48,323 bases of DNA from Parcubacteria group bacterium (GTDB lineage: Bacteria > Patescibacteriota > Minisyncoccia > Phycocordibacterales > Zambryskibacteraceae), in NCBI GenBank assembly GCA_028286805.1, contig JAQBQW010000019.1:1-48323 (forward strand), given 5' to 3'. Numbering within the stretch: position 1 is the first letter of the stretch; each line of letters opens with the position of its first letter. A program made the position numbers and the translations under genes. The notes under the pieces are model-generated. The model saw only the letters and a list, made by a program, of their open reading frames with translations, had not been told where the DNA came from and did no database searches. Below, one piece after another: positions 45,165 to 48,323 of the stretch.

Positions 45165-45892
45165 GTACACTCGACTCCATTCTGTATGCACTTATTGGAG
45201 GTATTCTACCCGCTGTTATTTGGCTTGAATTTTGGCTGCAGGAAGACAAGAAAAATCCCGAACCCACAGGCCTCATCCTTAAAACTTTCTTTGGAGGAAT
45301 GTGCGCGGTAATTTTGGTTATTCCCCTTCAGCGATTAGTAGACAGTGTGTTCCCCGGGATGAACTTCATCGAATTTACGCTATGGGCGGTTATAGAGGAG
45401 GGATTCAAATTCGGCATGGCATATTGGATTGCCATCAGATGTCAGTATGACGACGAACCGATCGATCCAATGATCTACATGATCACCGCCGCACTGGGAT
45501 TCGTCGCTCTCGAAAATGCGCTCTTTATTATCAACCCCTTGCTACAGAGAGATATCCTCGGAGCCGTTACCACCGGATCACTGCGCTTCGTTGGGGCAAG
45601 TTTGCTCCATGTGGCAGCTTCATCCACTATCGGTATCGCTTTTGCCCTTTCATTCTATAAAACAAAAGCTCGCAGAATTTGGACTGTAGCAGTGGCATTT
45701 TTAATTGCTGTCGGTATTCATACCGCATTCAATCTTTTCATTGTTAACAAAGACCAGCTCGGAACGTTTCAAGTATTCGGTATGGTCTGGGCCGGTATTG
45801 CCATCGTTCTTCTGTTTTTTGAAAAGGTGAAAAAAATACGAGCAATACAAAAAATATCCCCCGTTGTATCTTCACGCAAGAATTCATTGTGA
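45161..45892 (+). CDS. prsW: PrsW-family intramembrane metalloprotease
   Basis: I prefer the ATG at 45161, overlapping the valS stop (ATGA). Motifs EEGFKF and HTAFN. Multiple TM helices. Confidence 0.75.
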   Translation: MSTLDSILYALIGGILPAVIWLEFWLQEDKKNPEPTGLILKTFFGGMCAVILVIPLQRLVDSVFPGMNFIEFTLWAVIEEGFKFGMAYWIAIRCQYDDEPIDPMIYMITAALGFVALENALFIINPLLQRDILGAVTTGSLRFVGASLLHVAASSTIGIAFALSFYKTKARRIWTVAVAFLIAVGIHTAFNLFIVNKDQLGTFQVFGMVWAGIAIVLLFFEKVKKIRAIQKISPVVSSRKNSL

Positions 45893-45914
45893 TATAATCA
45901 ATTCATAAAGCATT

Positions 45915-46373
45915 ATGCAAAACAAAAGATCTTTTTTTGAACGTTTAACCGGGGCGGTGAAATTAGAAGAGACCGACGGACTCGAAATGATCGAACCTTC
46001 GTCTGCAAAATCTGCTCGCCCTTCTATTTTCGATGAAGAGGAAGAAGGTCAGTTAACGGTAGACGTGTACCAGACTCCTTCTGAAATAGTGATTAAAACT
46101 ATGGTCGCAGGAGTAAAACCGGACGATCTCGATGTTTCCATCACCAGGGATTCTGTCACCATCCGCGGCAAACGGGAAGAGGACCGAACCGTTTCAGACG
46201 ATGAATACTTTCACAGAGAACTGTATTGGGGAACATTCTCCCGAACTATTGTTCTTCCGGAAGAAATTGACGTCGAAGATTCGGAAGCAATAGAGAAATA
46301 CGGACTCCTTATTTTAAAACTCCCCAAAGTAGACAAGAGTCGCCAGACAAGATTAAAGGTGAAGGGCCAATAA
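45915..46373 (+). CDS. Hsp20/alpha-crystallin small heat-shock protein
   Basis: QLTVDVYQTPSEIVIKTMVAGVKPDDLDVSITRDSVTIRGKREE and GLLILKLPK are typical of the ACD fold. Confidence 0.85.
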   Translation: MQNKRSFFERLTGAVKLEETDGLEMIEPSSAKSARPSIFDEEEEGQLTVDVYQTPSEIVIKTMVAGVKPDDLDVSITRDSVTIRGKREEDRTVSDDEYFHRELYWGTFSRTIVLPEEIDVEDSEAIEKYGLLILKLPKVDKSRQTRLKVKGQ

Positions 46374-46380
46374 ATAAAAA

Positions 46381-46404
46381 TACTCCCATCCGGGAGTATT
46401 TTTA
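46381..46404 (+). terminator. rho-independent terminator after hsp20
   Basis: TACTCCC (46381-46387) / GGGAGTA (46392-46398), followed by a T-rich run. Confidence 0.7.
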
Positions 46405-46407
46405 TTT

Positions 46408-46483
46408 TGGTGCCAAGACCCAGGCTCGAACTGGGGATCCTTCCCTCTTCAGGGGAATGCTCTACCAACTGAGCTATCTTGGC
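46408..46483 (-). tRNA. tRNA-Phe (GAA), CCA encoded
   Basis: GCCAAGA TA GCTC AGTTGGTA GAGC A TTCCC CTGAAGA GGGAA GGATC CCCAG TTCGAGC CTGGG TCTTGGC A CCA. Confidence 0.92.
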
Positions 46484-46488
46484 AAGGG

Positions 46489-46725
46489 TTAAAACGAGGA
46501 ACCGTGAAGAAGATTGGTGATATCGCTGTAATTCTTCATTGCTGAATCGAGGTACGGCTGGAGGAACAAGTATCCGGCAATAAGAGGAATAACGAACAAT
46601 GCTATCTTTATGAATCCCCAGAAAATAGACCAGCGTGCCGTTCTTTGCAGACCTTTGAGGATTCTATTATTCTCTTCAGAAAGCTTGAATGTGTCGGCTA
46701 AAAGTTCTTTTTCCTCAGGGTTCAT
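46489..46725 (-). CDS. small hypothetical membrane protein (78 aa)
   Basis: One or two TM segments (WSIFWGFIKIALFVIPLIAGYLFL). A -10 box lies 6 nt upstream of the ATG. Confidence 0.5.
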   Translation of the reverse strand: MNPEEKELLADTFKLSEENNRILKGLQRTARWSIFWGFIKIALFVIPLIAGYLFLQPYLDSAMKNYSDITNLLHGSSF

Positions 46726-46731
46726 GGCGAG

Positions 46732-46737
46732 AGTATA
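46732..46737 (-). promoter_or_regulatory. -10 box TATACT exactly 6 nt before the ATG at 46725 (leaderless-type)
   Basis: Minus strand reads ctgcTATACTctcgccATG. Confidence 0.45.
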
Positions 46738-46780
46738 GCAGAATATGCAAAGCAGGTAAATTGGGGAATTATATGGATTA

Positions 46781-46810
46781 AAAAGCTGGTATCCTCGGAA
46801 AGGAACCAGC
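46781..46810 (-). terminator. rho-independent terminator of 46823-47314
   Basis: GCTGGT (46785-46790) / ACCAGC (46805-46810), extendable with one bulge. The minus strand continues with TTTT. Confidence 0.55.
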
Positions 46811-46822
46811 TAGCTCTCTACT

Positions 46823-47314
46823 TCAAAGGTGTGGGCCTTGTCGCACAAACACCTTTTGCAATCCAACTTCTCGGAGCATCTTATCTCTCCAAATCTTAAC
46901 CGAGACTTCGCCGGGAATGGGCTCGTGCTCCTTCTTCGCAGCTTTCCGCAGATCGGCAACGACTTTTTTTGCCGACAACAGATCGAGTTCTTTGTTGTAG
47001 GGAAGAATAGAAAGAATCTCTGAAGCAGAAGCCCTCTCGCCAGACCCATTACCGCTGCAAAGTTCGCCGGTTGCGAGATCAATGTGCACCAGCGCGTAGT
47101 GTGGATTGTGCGGCAAGAATACTTTCCAGTAGCCGCGCTTCCATGCGTCGCCGTACTTGGCGTACCCATTGTCTGCCATCAATGCGAGCCGGGGTACTTT
47201 CTGCCACAGCCCTTTTTGAGACCGCACATACTTCTCTGTGTTGGCAACAAGCGCATCGCACTCGTCACCAAGTGATTCAGGTGTGGGTACATCCTTCCTG
47301 GATTCTCTGGGCAT
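46823..47314 (-). CDS. hypothetical cytosolic protein (GC-elevated ORFan)
   Basis: 163 aa with its own terminator. I recognise no motif. Confidence 0.5.
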   Translation of the reverse strand: MPRESRKDVPTPESLGDECDALVANTEKYVRSQKGLWQKVPRLALMADNGYAKYGDAWKRGYWKVFLPHNPHYALVHIDLATGELCSGNGSGERASASEILSILPYNKELDLLSAKKVVADLRKAAKKEHEPIPGEVSVKIWRDKMLREVGLQKVFVRQGPHL

Positions 47315-47387
47315 AAGTACCTTTCGAAGACGTGGGGTTCGAATTCTTTCTTTAGACTATCATACTCATTAAAAGATTCTATAGGGG

Positions 47388-47459
47388 TGCTCTCAGCAGG
47401 AATCGAACCTACATCTATTCCTTAGGACGGAATTGTTCTATCCATTGAACTATGAGAGC
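47388..47459 (-). tRNA. tRNA-Arg (CCT)
   Basis: GCTCTCA TA GTTC AATGGATA GAAC A ATTCC GTCCTAA GGAAT AGAT GTAGG TTCGATT CCTGC TGAGAGC A. No CCA encoded. Confidence 0.88.
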
Positions 47460-47491
47460 GAATGGACGAAATGAAATATACCACACCATAC

Positions 47492-47511
47492 AAAAAACCG
47501 CCTCTCGGCGG
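47492..47511 (-). terminator. rho-independent terminator after the glutaredoxin-like gene
   Basis: CCGCC (47498-47502) TCTC GGCGG (47507-47511). The minus strand continues with T6. Confidence 0.7.
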
Positions 47512-47518
47512 CATTTCG

Positions 47519-47761
47519 TTAGGCTGCTACTCCCAGAAGTTCAGCTACCTTTTCCTGATCGAATCCAACGATGAGATCCTTGTTGTCGATAATGATAACC
47601 GGCACTCCCATCTGCCCGCTTTTGTCGATCATTTCCTTCTGTTTCTCCATGTCTGATGCGACGTTGTAATCCGTGAAAGGAATATTATTTGCTTTAAAAA
47701 AGTCCTTTGCCATGTGGCAGAAGTGACAGGTTGGTGTTGAGAATATTTCTACTGTTTTCAT
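47519..47761 (-). CDS. glutaredoxin/NrdH-like thioredoxin-fold protein
   Basis: MKTVEIFSTPTCHFCHMAKDFF has a CxxC (CHFC) after beta1. GVPVIIIDN is the cis-Pro loop region. 80 aa. Confidence 0.8.
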   Translation of the reverse strand: MKTVEIFSTPTCHFCHMAKDFFKANNIPFTDYNVASDMEKQKEMIDKSGQMGVPVIIIDNKDLIVGFDQEKVAELLGVAA

Positions 47762-47806
47762 ATATGTGTGTATTAGAAGACTATTATACCTGTGAAGGGC
47801 ACCCCT

Positions 47807-48187
47807 CTACAACCCCCTTACCTTATTCCACATCCTCTTAAAAAGATTTGGTTTCTCGGGTGTGGTTGTGCTTACCACGGCTTTCTCATCGACGATAATA
47901 GCCACGTGTTCTCCCGGCTTTGAGACGCTGAATTTATCCTTTATTTCCGCATCGATGCCATCATCGGTGCTTAATTTATCAATGTTTTTCTTCAATTGCT
48001 CTTGCCTATCCGCAAGCTGGGCAGCCTTGGCTTCCATTTCTTTAACTGAATTTGCGCTGGTAATATCTTTTCGTATCACCTGATACGTCCCTCTTAGCAA
48101 AAAGGCCACCACAATACCAAGTACGACTAATACGGGTATCGAATACAATCTTTCTTTCGTCCTTTGTTTGTCTTGGAGCTCTCTCAT
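47807..48187 (-). CDS. FtsB/DivIC-like septum formation initiator protein (start uncertain)
   Basis: One TM (YSIPVLVVLGIVVAFLL), then a coiled coil (EMEAKAAQLADRQEQLKKNIDKL), then DAEIKDKFSVSKPGEHVAII. The ATG at 48187 is chosen. The frame stays open upstream to the window end at 48322, so the gene could be longer. Confidence 0.55.
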   Translation of the reverse strand: MRELQDKQRTKERLYSIPVLVVLGIVVAFLLRGTYQVIRKDITSANSVKEMEAKAAQLADRQEQLKKNIDKLSTDDGIDAEIKDKFSVSKPGEHVAIIVDEKAVVSTTTPEKPNLFKRMWNKVRGL

Positions 48188-48323
48188 GGAATTGTAAAAT
48201 TTCTTCCTTATGCTACCATAACCCACAAGTATGATAAAAAGCACAAGAAGAAATTCAAAGGATTTTTCATCGACCAGTCGGTTCTTATGATCATCTCTAT
48301 GGTCGAGCTCTACATGCCTAACT

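Noticed and set aside
1-48323. Alternative genetic code (UGA recoding, as in some candidate phyla)
   Set aside because: All conserved genes (clpB, gyrA, infB, ftsZ, valS and others) are full-length and uninterrupted under the standard code, and TGA is used as a terminal stop (valS, SBP-like gene).
48188-48323. Separate gene at the right edge
   Set aside because: The frame of the FtsB-like ORF simply stays open to the window end, with no stop. There is not enough sequence to decide between a longer N-terminus and non-coding read-through, so no separate feature is called.

Overview
48.3-kb window from a small-genome bacterium with mid-40s %GC by eye. Short IF-2 and ValRS, tandem TrbC/VirB2-like mini-pilins and large PG-binding surface proteins suggest Patescibacteria/CPR, but that lineage call is inference only. 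I support about 46 protein genes and 10 tRNAs: Tyr, Cys, Leu-TAA, Lys, Leu-TAG, Glu, Ser, Val, Phe and Arg. Two genes are missing from the ORF track: a 701-codon partial beta-helix protein at the left edge and rpmG. Core genes are clpB, a cysteine desulfurase, infB, rbfA, gyrA, rpsA, pth, lepB, rpsU, ybeY, ftsA, ftsZ, trxB, tsaD, valS, prsW and hsp20. I see no rRNA, CRISPR array, transposase, integrase or reverse transcriptase. Main second-look items: (1) The core backbone is interrupted by at least eight compositionally foreign one- or two-gene islands, up to about 63% GC or down to the 30s. Most GC-rich islands carry Shine-Dalgarno sites, several show -35/-10 promoters, and most show hairpin terminators. 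Many core genes instead have a -10 box exactly 5-7 nt before the ATG, which looks leaderless. (2) A tRNA-adjacent block holds single-gene cassettes delimited by three copies of a 22-bp tRNA-3'-end-like direct repeat, plus an 11-mer duplication of the tRNA-Glu 3' end. (3) A DNPH1/Rcl-like nucleotide N-glycosidase fold gene is paired with a putative wHTH gene in one island. (4) Six tandem T4SS-pilin-like paralogs lie next to an orphan solute-binding protein, with no secretion ATPase. (5) There is an HtrA-like protein lacking catalytic His and Ser, and a HisRS-like protein with a degenerate motif 2. All functional calls come from motif reading by eye. No database search was run.
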